Shown here one piece after another: positions 21,501 through 27,646 of a stretch of 64,000 nt of DNA. This DNA comes from Christensenella sp. UBA6880 (GTDB taxonomy: Bacteria > Bacillota > Clostridia > Christensenellales > CAG-917): positions 14,266 to 78,265 of the forward strand of contig DKCG01000024.1 in assembly GCA_002449145.1 (NCBI GenBank), written 5' to 3'. Each line of letters starts with the position of its first letter. The first letter of the stretch is position 1. The notes below the pieces were generated by a model. It was given only the letters and a program-made list of their open reading frames with translations, did not search any database and was not told where the DNA came from. The translations under genes were made by a program, and so were the position numbers.

Positions 21501-24500
21501 AACCGACGCCAATATGACGTGGGAACAATACTTCGCTTCGAGCCTCGGCATCTCAAATGCGGAAGAGAAGAACGGTGCGTGGGTCAAACCCATTGCGGGC
21601 GCAAAGTCGTACACGACGGGTGCAAGCGACACGGGCTGGTACTTCGTTTACGCAACCGATACCACGATAGGCACCATAACCGATACCACGATAGGCACTA
21701 TCAGCGCGGAACATTCCGTCAACGCAAACGAATCATACTGGAAACGCATTGCCGACGCATACACCGCAAGCGAACGCGAAGCGGGCGACGATACGAAAGA
21801 ACTCGAAAAATCGGCAATTGTTTTGGGCGATAACGGTCAACCTCAAAAATCCACGCTTTACGCCACCGCGACTTCCGCGGGCGAAAACAGCGGATATTAT
21901 CTGTATATGGCAACGTCGGGCAACTCTCGTCCGAGCGCGACGTATTCGGGCGATAAGTTCTTCATCAAGACGCTCACCGTCAACAATAACACTGTGACAG
22001 ACGGCAATACAACTGCCGATGACGAGGAAAAGTTGGCGGGCAACGTCGCCGTGTACTATCGCACCATTTCGAGAGGCAAAACGCTCACCTACAACGGCTA
22101 CGACCGCTTCGCACCCGTCGGAATCACCGCTTCGGAAGGCGACGAAGTTCCGTTCATTAAAGAACCGTCAACAGACACGACAAAGGCGGATTCATATTGC
22201 TACTCGTCCGACATGTCGGCAGACAGTATAAAAGCCGAACCCGGCACATTCAAGTCCAAAGTCAAGATTTACTACTTTGACAGTGAAGGCACGCCTCACG
22301 TAGTCGGCGGCGTCGAAATCGATTGGGAAATCAAAAAGCGCGACCTCGAAGCCTCTTTGTCCGTTCCGTCGGGTACGTTGACGTACGGCGACCCCGACAT
22401 CGACGCGGTTTTGACAATCGAAAATATTGCGCCGATTGACGGCAACAATCTTGGAATTGCGGGCAATATCCGCTTCGAGATAGTCATAAAGGACGAGGAC
22501 GGCAAAGAAATTGCGAAGTTCACTTGGAACGGCACGGAATTCGTCGGTCAATCGGCAGACGGCAAAGTCGTTTCCAACAACATAACCGTTTCAAACGGCG
22601 GCTTCGGAATCGGAAGCAACTTAAGCGGCGACGATTTGCTGTTCAATGTCGAAGACATCGACTCTCTCGATTTGGCTACGAGAACGTTCAGTTGCAGCAT
22701 AAACTTCAAGGACGCAAAGACGTACAAAATCAGCGTCGTTACGCCGAATATGGACGACAAATACAATCCCTCGCCCATAGTCGAGGACCAGACTATAACC
22801 GTCAATCCCGCAACGCTCACGTTGAGAAGAACGTCGGCGCCTTCGCACGACTTCGATAACACCTACGCAAATAAGGGCGCGACGTGGACGGTTTCGGGCT
22901 TCAAATTCAATGACGGCGAGGCGCAATTCGCTGCATTCGAGCCTGAGTTCGTAATGGCTCTCGGAAAAATCAACGAAACAAAAACTGTCACGAAAACAGC
23001 AATGCAAAAAGACGGTGCTTTGATAAATCCGGTGAAAATTGACAGTTTGATACAAGTCAATCTTCGTGTAAATGAAGAACAAACCGGCAAGATATTGAGT
23101 TTTGATTTGACAGGCGTATCAAAAGTCGGCGATTACTACATTAAGATTGCGGGCGGAAAGGGCTATCGCGTGGGCAACTATACGCTTACGTTCGAGGGCA
23201 CGAGTGAGCCGACGTATTCGATAAACGAAAATAAGATTACAATCAGCGGCACGACGAACGGAACACACCAATATGACGGCAGTACGAAAGGAACGATTAC
23301 GGTGACGTTCACTGCGGACAAGAACATCGTCAATCTCGGTCAGTTCGTCGAACAGTTCTTTGCCGCAAGCATAAACAACGGCGTAACGGTAAAAACAAAA
23401 CCGTCCGCCTCGTCGAGCAGTAAGGCCGTAACGTGGGTGTTTGAAACGGGTGTAAACGCAAACAAATACACCGTAACGCTCAAAAAAGGCGACGGCTACG
23501 AGGAAGCGGCAAAGAGTTGTTCGCACATGCCTTCTGCGTTGCCGACGTATAGTTACGAGATTACGAAGCGACCGCTCACCGTCGAATTTGCACAAACAGG
23601 CAGTTCGCCCTATGAGTACAACACGTATCATCAAGGACTTTCCACCGTCAAGATCTCAAATCTCTGCCAGATCGGCAGCGTGTGGGATCATGTCGATATT
23701 ACGCTTTACGTCGGCGACAATCAATACGTCGTTTCGTCGAATCGCAACAACGCCGTTGACGTGAAGAACTTGGTAAGCACAATAAACGTCGGAACGTACG
23801 CCGCAACGATAAGCGCTTCGCTCGGCGGAAAGAGCAGCGGCAACTACTATATATCCAACTACGACGAAAGCACGAGTTGGACGATCAAGAAGCATAAACT
23901 CACGCTCAGCGGTCTCAAACAGGACGACGGCAAGATTTACGACGGCACGCCCGTTACGCCCGTCCTCAAAGTCAACGGAAGCGACATCTCTAACGGCGAG
24001 ATTACGTACGGCGCGGATACCATAAAGATCAAGTATTCCGCAACCGTTGACGGCGCAACGACGGACACGATCGTTAATGCGGGAACGTACAAAATAGGCA
24101 TCGGCGGCAACGCAACCGATGCGATTATCGCAATGCGCGGCAGTGAAAACACCACGCAAAACTACGAAATCGACGGCACGGACGAGGCGGAATACACCAT
24201 TCAACCCAGACAAATCAAACTCACTTGGAAGAATGCCCCGTCGTTCGTGTTCAGTAATGCGGCGCAAGGCTTGATAGTCACGGGCGTTGAGGGTATCGAC
24301 GGCAACGGAAGCCTCGCAATCGTAAACGGTTCGAGCACGATAGACGGCGTGAATATCAAGGGATATGCAGGAAACGACGTCATCGAAATCACAATATCGG
24401 GCGCGGCGACTCACGTTGCGGACGGCAAGAAGTTTATGACTGCGGTCATAAGCAAAGTGACGGGAACGAATGCCGACGGCTCGGATTCCATTCTCAAAAA

Positions 24501-27387
24501 CTACGAAATCGTCGACGGTATAACGAGCGGCGAGTTCGAGATAACGCCGTCCGTCGTGTCCGTAAGCTTTACGGCTACGAACGCAACGCTCGAAAAGGTA
24601 TACGACGGCAACAACAGGGTGACGGCGCAAATTCTCGACAGTTACTTCAAGTTGGAAGCAACTGGACACGTTCCCACGAAATTCCCATTCACGATCGGCG
24701 GAACGTACGACGACGAAAACGTGCTTTACGATTCGAGCAACAACGTCATAAGAGGCAAAGCGGTCACGTTCTCGTATACGTTCGCCGACCCGACGAACGT
24801 AGGCGACTACGCTTTGGGAAGCGTCGATACGGCGGCGTACAACGTGGGCAAGATTACGCCGAAACATATTCAAGTTTTCCTTGACAAACTGCGCTCTAAC
24901 AAGGCGACGAGGACGTACACCGACGGCACGACCTACGGCGGCAGCGGCGTAAGCGGCAACGGCACGACTAAACCTTATCGAGCGGGCGAAGGCTTCAGAG
25001 TAAGCGGCGTTTTGACGGGCGACGTAGTGACCGTCTTCGCAAATTATTCGGAATCCGAAAACTTGCGCAACACTTCTACTAACGGCGGTTTCGACTTTGC
25101 AAAATACGTCAACGACGTGTACAAAGACTCGGACGGCACGTTCAAGAAAGCAACTTCGGGCACATATCTCAAGAAACTCGTGTTCGAGATGAACGGCGCG
25201 GACGCAGGCAACTATACGTTCAACGTATATCATTCGAGCGACGGCGCATACAGCGATACGGACGGCAACTTTGCGACTAAAGTCACCGTGTACGACAGCA
25301 GAGAAAGCGACCAAAACCGCAAGAATAAGAGCGGTTCGCCGCAAATCCAAATCGAAATAACCGTAAAATCCGTCAAAGTGGAATACTCGAACACCGCTCA
25401 AAGTTACGCCAACGACGACAACACCTACAACACCGACTGGGCGCGCGTTACGGGTACGAACAAGGAAACGGACAAGGCGGGCGCGGACATCATCGTCACG
25501 AACGGCTGGATGTACGACGACGGCAAAGACCGCCCGATAGATTCCACCGACAAAAAGAGAGAATACCACGGCTACACGGTCATTCAGGGTAGGTCGGGCA
25601 ATTCCCGACTCGGTGCGTCCGTGTCCACGACCAACGGTATGAATCTCAACTATCGTTTGAGCAATCAGCCGACTCTCACCATTGCGTACTTCGTGTCCAC
25701 AGAGAGCAACGAATACAAGATAACTTCGCTTGCGCGTTTGCTCATCGCGTCCTTCTACTATACGGCGCATCAGAATCCGCAAAACCTCGATATGATCAAG
25801 ATCGTATCGTCGGGTTACGCGTGGGTTAAGGTCGTCAGCGTGGGTGAGGACGGCGCATACGTCGGCGACTACAAGAAGCCCGACAATTCGCCTATCAAGG
25901 ATTCTACGGCAACCACTTGGGACGAGTATCTTGCCCAATTGCAAGCGGCGGATTACGCGGTGTTCTTCGACACCGAAAAGAACGAATGGGGCTACTATAG
26001 TTCCAACGAATCCACGCAAAACGACATTCCGTTGAAGTTCGTGCAAACGAAAGACATAACGGGTACGTTCACGGCGCAAGACATCGAAATACTCAACGCG
26101 TTCTTCACGACCTCGTCCGTAGACGACAACGGCGTCGTTACGCAAAAGCAGTATAACTGGAACGGAAACAACAAGGACTTCCTCACGAACGTACTCAAAG
26201 CGAGAGTGGGCGCAAACGTGACGATAGACGGCAGTCTGTTCGTATCGACGGTGACGTCGAAAGTGAACGGAAGCGACGTTTTGACGGGCTTTGACGGCAC
26301 TTACGACGGAAACGGCTACGTCATCGAATATCTCAATATAATGGGTTATGGCAAGACGAACGTCGGCTTGTTCGACGTGATCGGCGAAAGCGGCATCGTA
26401 AAGAACGTGCATTTGAGAAACGTCACTATCAACGCAAATCGAGGCAACGTAGGCGCAATCGCGGGTAGCGTTTACGAATCGAAAACAACCGAAACGAGCG
26501 TAAAGAACGTGTCCGTACACGGCGCAATCAACGTGAGCGGCGGCACGGTGGGCGGATTGTTCGGCACGAGCGCGAGAGATATTGAAAACGCAATCGTTCT
26601 CGGCACGATAACCTCTCAAAACGCAAACGTCGGCGGCGTTGTCGGCACGACGAGCGCAAGCGTAAAGAACGTCGTTTCCCTCGTGCAAATCACCGCATAC
26701 GGCGGCACGGCAAAAGCGTTTACGACGTCGGGCGCAACGATTGAAGATTCCTATCATATGACGAACGCCGTATGGCAAAAGAGAAGCGGATTCGACAATG
26801 TTTCTGGCAAGTCAAAGACGTTCAACGAGTTGATGTCGGGTTCGATTTCGGGTTACGGCACGCAAAACAAGTATTACTACACGGGCGATACCGCACCGAA
26901 CAAAGGCGAATTCGACGTACTCGACGACGTGCATATTACCGAACTGTCGGCAATAGGTGAGCCGAGCGAAGAAAATCCAAGACAGAGTATGCGCCTCAAA
27001 GATATAGTTTCCGTATATCTAATGATGTATTCTTTGTCAAAGACGACGGGAATGCTCACGAGCGACGGCAAGAGTTTCGGCGTGAACGTATACTCGCTCA
27101 GTTCGTCGAGTTGGCTCGTAGGCACGGCGGACGGCACGCAAAGCAATCCGATTGCAATCGCAAACAAGCAAAACGTATCGCTTTTAAGACAACTTCCGTT
27201 TGCGACGTTCACGCTCAAAACCAATATCGCGCTCGACGTTGCAAGCACGTTTGCAGGCGCGTTCTTCGGAACGGTTACGAGCGAGACGGATAGCACGGGC
27301 AATTCGCTCGGATACAAGATAACTTGCGACAAGGATATGTTCGAGGCGTACGCCGAGAGCAATCCGAGTTGGATAGAAGTCGCATAA
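6523..27387 (+). CDS. Giant secreted repeat protein (~6,954 aa): GLUG-like beta-helix modules, MBG/YDG-type Ig-like runs, CBM/discoidin-like domains; putative adhesin
   Basis: The frame stays open for 20,865 nt. GGAG lies 6 nt before ATG 6523. The N-terminus is signal-like (MRSTRIGQNKLKKCMKLTASGLLLAVMFVLVFAGTLSGAFG). There are dozens of GG[IVL][VI]G turns, repeated NPY[VI]I..L..LS.IVN module starts, and KIYDGTPVTPV / KVYDGNNRVTAQ units. Confidence 0.9.
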   Translation: MRSTRIGQNKLKKCMKLTASGLLLAVMFVLVFAGTLSGAFGIENSLQQNGIIENNVASADAAINSSTITLSSYFNPTVTTLNITNNVSNYYASRGKLYTTSNSNCDNAVGTWSNTSWYMGGGGNHSGTDYAHCWFDFDLGDFYTLSDSATISVKIGSVSRSNMDGFIVAINSSSTEFAQYSTSNGEKAYDNDVKKNDNCDKTSENPSNGASITHTVKGRYVRIYLVTYDYAFISSGYGQLKLTNVSIILTRTLKTYSVTYDKNASDSTGTVSNTSHKFMAASNISSNFYVGNRQYFTEWNTSADGNGIHMGIGASTGTSVAANTFGNVVKANLAAGNTTTTLYAQYTGISFVFNRQNYSIYNNEVLQVLQGKSGYLTSTVDSSYTTTITYKDSSNSTISEPTSIGVYSATITVTKDGKTRGSVTLPFEIIEGDFGKLDGASGKWGSLSNPYVIKNATHLKNLSRIVNSDTPGTQTALNSIVGSDGGAVTADKVVAVDNKFANCYFVISADIGSASAPVSLTPIGNNASNYFAGTIYGGSLNNVNARNLRTIYLNIQQSGVNNVGLFGYASGANISYIKIAGSIFGGAYTGGVVGYADGVAISHVVNEAFVRGTSVASNSEISASGVFVGGIAGFTHGSAPVSYCYNSGYVSALTESGNYLSNSNFVGGIVGYARTEVSYCANIYDSSITFDSSEARSARIEGNDYLGGIVGNSSSTIKYCYDVQGQRKYRYNTGRIGAITGSGGTVENSWVVNESTAETTASNPNAVVSTLGKKLVTSFAVTPIVINSGETEVTWTDILSQNINGFKISTSVASGYYLKLSNNNGNGVLPYKVGNGYTAQNSTSSTAITQGNISCDVYYNATTSNDIYVQVEAINPNTDSKTYNANAQQIGSFALPTGYETLATFYFDRDDNGNPTGTPLLSKTNAGTYAVISDVKIKVGNVTYVVGRKQANWTITPLYLRVSNATFNYGVNVEKQLQNNIVISATSGGTALTSHPFSVVIDSSAYNFYKSITSGQNTFAITSDKITVKSGDNIVTGNFVISGFEVVIKESDFGVENSGINGNNIDNNKWGSRNNPYIIRTFIQLDKLSSIVRNGGAVNSIKTGLYEYVTATDKTYAGAYFKLAVSLSAGNITPIGTNTAVFSGFFDGNNKTLSGININKAGSYVGLFGYTSGATIQNLTISGAVKGSKYVGGVVGYALNTTIYNVTNNATVTARYSVDKDLSTSIRQYDGGNQTNEGFDKVFDGKTSTKFCGTQSGMSFVADLRSRLAISGFAITNANDTESNSNRRPKKIQIWGSNTENNWPSDSPNDKGNAGAWPALYNYKNWNLVFSLDTSNFSSRNYERVEFAFDGNKTYKYRYYWVYIISAGGSIQFSEFDFLAAGEDVGGVVGYASGTSGNGTVISNVKNNASVTGSNYTGGLVGRASGNFAIIDSSNAGGIMGFDGVAGVLGAMTNNANVTITSCHNSGTVSSSPESNGVAGIIGHTESASNRLVVQGCKNNAAITGDRNVGGIGGRIETTRNAKDSLVFANCYNDGSIAATTYGTVGGIAGYFFANGTSIADVATISYCFSSGAVSSNSTASDKNIGGIVGNPRASTLTSTRVYNCYTTNTTYAISGTANATIDNTNYVIASGASAPSTTNGGKYLVYNSALTFKPAIIEDGSETPFDSWTVIAEYVNATVNGEVVRLFNDINGFMVSGDVAPSSSQYFLSRKGVSSSEYLTPSKVENGNPTNAADRSNTATFTVTAWYGANANSNIQCTISTVTINDSKNNIYNGQQQGFARSAVSNPNTNNSVYGVVFDYLLTSPSEHFVKTFAFDSNGNLTESGSNPYQVGAYNTTVFVKIGDVIVGKRVNRVFEIAQETINVAWEWTDGKQSTLFSRIGTGDGIQFVYNKAEQGLGSVTFAYNQNLFYTAAEYMFTSSGNLKYTNASSNAYSRTYTLNDTRNFKIHSTNTNADLSGTTVTFEWIIRRNKLTIENRWVREDFGKDSTIYTFEYNAAHQGLLATDGITYIVENDTAGKSHEIYSWVLYTDNHANTINVGRYSRSIYLNDQTNYVIAYTNSYVGNSTAKLSSSKGVSVNDTQSSVMYSWQILAYNILDNFNSDSSKTKVWFGANTDVIVGNQLTSVISGATRDGNSVSVDYYPLQYAQSGVQQVLVYGQNTTEVQHYLPKNFIVYVQYNDGTIARLVSGNEYTLSDLKAPTAANPAPINTSVTASGQGNFAGDLSKYYTVLYSDFGWKSGKNPNSANWGTADNPYVIDRPEYLLRLSQIVNGKDKAWNSIANTAYCYAPQSTATAQNATYKGAHFLVTANIDMSDYVSTDGLTNFLPVGDGSANGERLFSATFDGGNNEIKYIYNIGYFVNKANPSGEEKYDYVGLFGYIDGATVKNLTVTSERSISFTVGDVTYKGGVNGRDYVGGIVGKAVDSTLEEVVLRYGDCVYGNDYVGGVVGFAKNTTIANSGKIFNASVSGRFYVGGIAGEWQVYDKSQLGLNNQQSLTPIDSSSVSGAKYVGGLVGWLDLSNCSGSVTFTPQYDNGTSKTLEVKGTEYVGALFGTLVGNGYRQTANSTGLTSIVIESSKVGNVTLKPVPYTDGNSTYLPKVVGGLVGFIESAALVFGTSWNTSNIKFEFDKTSTSFLGGVVGVMSKNSTIEMFVLTKNDGSQLTAVDGKITANTQFGHVGSPSSSNYNAGSFVGGIVGYVSSQAGSFWREGTTVFGNAVQFENTANIYATGFVGGIFGALGNIALSKIEQSIGAVYDEISVAQNQDNRTNILQKILVGGVREGLSGSTLGIAPTTDSDYVSGANGKLRNIASVQVTKSNGIGGEYVGGIVGYSGANVRLVLRNKPQTGDIDVSALNVYSGGANVAIAGSYAGGIAGFIDNLEHELQYIVVQAKFTDSNATRVGGLIGEMMSGAIDGCVVVSAMAVGESISFDTDNFQGKEYVGGLVGRTENASIRNSLATGFNLQSTSITKGGVLGGGTNPTIEASWTFYIAREGATYSTISANEYGKYILVDKDTITSNGSSYPYFEKLCAFAGIANTATEGAVGVLEFALNVPTQRQLAFYDASGSDSVTTNGGESGDFESINGVLTIKLDMETGTSMQVCLIPIEFVNVPKHYANDDERISIVEGRYKKPSDSSRYIVQVQDAHFDVGVTNQVDRIQALVYFDWNNDGHATLVGESGTASEKTGDYNASFQPGDDPASPLTISNQKEWNDFAYSIYSGANDYAGKYVKLLTDDIVIDNSAHYGTASGTVPLNFSTTCTPNNNSDDSKNATSNLGYNFAGNISQGSSKVEKIYFGTSKNLSAKTPSFKGHFDGNGHTIEIRYTSGGHHRISVFPNASNATFQNLTIKGSIKAGTNKDNSGYDIAAFVGKPFGAITFENCTAAVDIQGLRVIAGFAGCSTKNAPITFIGCVNKGDIHSFEWSTWTRGGTQTLGNQYDYAYGTGGFVAYASSNINFESCLNTGDITGGSKIGGLVGRVTNENKNKTILTINNCANMGRIYSEEYNPYNADNETNKSGNVWSKAGGLVGEVDYYTEMSMYASYNTGEVRAIGNVAGGLVGIIGTIPGGDSDNKAGYTETQYYSTIAYCYNTGEVKVGNVEWGGITMYVPDQIGGSGVNFNGSNAGGIIGTTGGVKVSYCYNAGKITGLGGVGYITTWQARNGGIIGELTSHNNSNVGSVKNIGYAYVRNCYNVGVIELKESKKSATRYSADIIGYIQGNAGDHSEIKNCYGVANNIINYTDGKGNPAYYSGVNKAGGGDNTSYVAGITLNSRSDLTAIMQSDGTVKPKAYSGTNEQTLWNPSIKTIGAQDSTAYKNGTLGGYVYVYGCLPQLAVFAVDTYNGLSMNSQNFGKDETYGEDGTYTAQAAGERLSPYVIRDGIDLLGVQTLVGLGYSFKGEYIEFANGKNNITLDQNLSSDIAKEIKLPTKVSQTAKVNVADGAYKAKSDLGEENYTHTGKSYHLFAQSAVCSGDNNAGVNAAYVNWLSENYYYNGDNGKYANNATYSVQNMFPIGKSNRPFRGSLSGKQKDGSNTIISNLHISAHANSGDTYAGLFGRTEDAYIGFVEIGGASKVCAYSSGGNQIASSGAVVGYATGSTEVEHCAVNGTTSIGAYGKNKGEIVAADKTVFAGGIVGIADPKRSASYSAGAMAIIRNCNVSTTGNIESAKDYIGGILGYVDGLSNAEGKGNSVRIENCNVQNAVIQAADSATTSSYIGGVLGFGSQYVSAFVTGCSVGVGGKVAIKGEHSLGGIAGGMSNAQGGYIDSCTVGGGTSITRIDQGGDKQVAESANHGTAIGGLVGFTQNSADTVSPLTTTFSGTSSFGGTITVGIAATNQSQDSDAAISCIGGIVGDMGSGANFASGSVVTVGGTISIPLAAANVGGVAGRTNTATFIGKFDVSPNMSTSHTENVGGFIGKNIGTVYILADNTDKLVNGLKGTQISIGGTIVGTSEVGGFIGVNNAQSTLNIGSNVANAKPYKSGTLNITISAKVIGSGENVGENVGGIVGKNEGASSLGATDYATIDIVKGVILQKGDIEGQKYVGGIIGLNQGLLTTGGGEADTAIGGATLSTEQINSIKNLSITNEGNVKGGALNGTTYENGDYVGGVIGLLDSPSALQATDEGKGAIAGTFTNKGTVEGGRFVGGSIGLVGKNVTITAKDTDTLFVNSGEVTAHGYFAGGSIGALVGTIEGVSTDYMINFENEGNVNATGFVGGSIGVLAGPVKFAQFVNKSNGLTVNAVNSVGGSVGYIGLPSMLKTVLDTLGITISSDYVQIVNTHFEAKGNLTVNANQTAIDEAKGNASDSSTGWGGVGGAIGVIGANVAKWGSDDKERNTYYANGNVEASGINNVGGIVGLVNADNVTISNMLAHGTTVKGGANVGGIVGATTGAGTVIKSAYAVEGTFEGSETVGGIIGLSESDTDAKSSYWVKGYPNATLAGTDVGKLQTDLGKFETIVEYVDSQPVVFTEEFCTMYTPKTYYDDYTGTHKYDGKTITAVTDANMTWEQYFASSLGISNAEEKNGAWVKPIAGAKSYTTGASDTGWYFVYATDTTIGTITDTTIGTISAEHSVNANESYWKRIADAYTASEREAGDDTKELEKSAIVLGDNGQPQKSTLYATATSAGENSGYYLYMATSGNSRPSATYSGDKFFIKTLTVNNNTVTDGNTTADDEEKLAGNVAVYYRTISRGKTLTYNGYDRFAPVGITASEGDEVPFIKEPSTDTTKADSYCYSSDMSADSIKAEPGTFKSKVKIYYFDSEGTPHVVGGVEIDWEIKKRDLEASLSVPSGTLTYGDPDIDAVLTIENIAPIDGNNLGIAGNIRFEIVIKDEDGKEIAKFTWNGTEFVGQSADGKVVSNNITVSNGGFGIGSNLSGDDLLFNVEDIDSLDLATRTFSCSINFKDAKTYKISVVTPNMDDKYNPSPIVEDQTITVNPATLTLRRTSAPSHDFDNTYANKGATWTVSGFKFNDGEAQFAAFEPEFVMALGKINETKTVTKTAMQKDGALINPVKIDSLIQVNLRVNEEQTGKILSFDLTGVSKVGDYYIKIAGGKGYRVGNYTLTFEGTSEPTYSINENKITISGTTNGTHQYDGSTKGTITVTFTADKNIVNLGQFVEQFFAASINNGVTVKTKPSASSSSKAVTWVFETGVNANKYTVTLKKGDGYEEAAKSCSHMPSALPTYSYEITKRPLTVEFAQTGSSPYEYNTYHQGLSTVKISNLCQIGSVWDHVDITLYVGDNQYVVSSNRNNAVDVKNLVSTINVGTYAATISASLGGKSSGNYYISNYDESTSWTIKKHKLTLSGLKQDDGKIYDGTPVTPVLKVNGSDISNGEITYGADTIKIKYSATVDGATTDTIVNAGTYKIGIGGNATDAIIAMRGSENTTQNYEIDGTDEAEYTIQPRQIKLTWKNAPSFVFSNAAQGLIVTGVEGIDGNGSLAIVNGSSTIDGVNIKGYAGNDVIEITISGAATHVADGKKFMTAVISKVTGTNADGSDSILKNYEIVDGITSGEFEITPSVVSVSFTATNATLEKVYDGNNRVTAQILDSYFKLEATGHVPTKFPFTIGGTYDDENVLYDSSNNVIRGKAVTFSYTFADPTNVGDYALGSVDTAAYNVGKITPKHIQVFLDKLRSNKATRTYTDGTTYGGSGVSGNGTTKPYRAGEGFRVSGVLTGDVVTVFANYSESENLRNTSTNGGFDFAKYVNDVYKDSDGTFKKATSGTYLKKLVFEMNGADAGNYTFNVYHSSDGAYSDTDGNFATKVTVYDSRESDQNRKNKSGSPQIQIEITVKSVKVEYSNTAQSYANDDNTYNTDWARVTGTNKETDKAGADIIVTNGWMYDDGKDRPIDSTDKKREYHGYTVIQGRSGNSRLGASVSTTNGMNLNYRLSNQPTLTIAYFVSTESNEYKITSLARLLIASFYYTAHQNPQNLDMIKIVSSGYAWVKVVSVGEDGAYVGDYKKPDNSPIKDSTATTWDEYLAQLQAADYAVFFDTEKNEWGYYSSNESTQNDIPLKFVQTKDITGTFTAQDIEILNAFFTTSSVDDNGVVTQKQYNWNGNNKDFLTNVLKARVGANVTIDGSLFVSTVTSKVNGSDVLTGFDGTYDGNGYVIEYLNIMGYGKTNVGLFDVIGESGIVKNVHLRNVTINANRGNVGAIAGSVYESKTTETSVKNVSVHGAINVSGGTVGGLFGTSARDIENAIVLGTITSQNANVGGVVGTTSASVKNVVSLVQITAYGGTAKAFTTSGATIEDSYHMTNAVWQKRSGFDNVSGKSKTFNELMSGSISGYGTQNKYYYTGDTAPNKGEFDVLDDVHITELSAIGEPSEENPRQSMRLKDIVSVYLMMYSLSKTTGMLTSDGKSFGVNVYSLSSSSWLVGTADGTQSNPIAIANKQNVSLLRQLPFATFTLKTNIALDVASTFAGAFFGTVTSETDSTGNSLGYKITCDKDMFEAYAESNPSWIEVA
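7282..7563 (+). other. Listeria-Bacteroides (Flg_new)-type repeat inside the giant ORF
   Basis: KTYSVTYDKNASDSTGTV...YFTEWNTSADGNG...TTLYAQYT. Confidence 0.45.
10159..10668 (+). other. Discoidin/F5-8 type C-like (CBM32-like) domain inserted in a beta-helix module of the giant ORF
   Basis: DGGNQTNEGFDKVFDGKTSTKFCG...ISGFAITNANDTESNSNRRPKKIQIWGSN...YRYYWVYIIS...IQFSEFDF. Confidence 0.5.
16500..17950 (+). other. AT-rich, differently codon-biased island inside the giant ORF
   Basis: Hand-counted 60-nt lines give 35-40% GC here against 58-60% in the flanks. Gly is encoded GGT/GGA here and GGC elsewhere. Confidence 0.55.
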
Positions 27388-27563
27388 TCGCAACATAAAT
27401 CGCAATCGGGCGGCAAAAAAAGCCGTCCGTGAGCGAGAAAAACGTGCGAAAAAACAACTCGCTCGAAAATCCAAAGAATTGCGAAAATATCGCAAAATCG
27501 TGATTCTAACCGCACGTTTTCAAAAAGTTGAAATATCGTGCAAAAAAATCGACGAAAAATCAA

Positions 27564-27612
27564 ATAAAACGCCTTGCTCGATTGTAGTTTATATATAAAT
27601 ATATAAAAAATC
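27564..27612 (+). promoter_or_regulatory. Promoter-like module B upstream of the three-gene operon
   Basis: ataaaacgccTTGCTCgattgtagtttatatataaatatataaaaaa. It shares aataaaacg / ttgct / gattgta / tatatataa / atatataaaa with module A. Confidence 0.45.
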
Positions 27613-27646
27613 CGCAAGGTACGAACAAAAGAAACAAGGATAAACT

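Noticed and set aside
23656-26778. 1,040-aa minus-strand ORF inside the giant gene. Similar ones are at 12280-14208, 14506-14838, 19168-20036 and 20815-21528.
   Set aside because: These are shadow ORFs. They lie entirely antisense to the 20.9-kb frame. Their translations are low-complexity R/V/A/D-rich strings, and they arise from the strong GGC/GTC/GCG codon periodicity of the sense strand.
27100-27387. Cell-wall anchor (LPXTG, SLH, choline-binding, TM) at the C-terminus of the giant protein.
   Set aside because: I read the last ~300 residues and found none. The absence is therefore reported as an observation, not as a feature.
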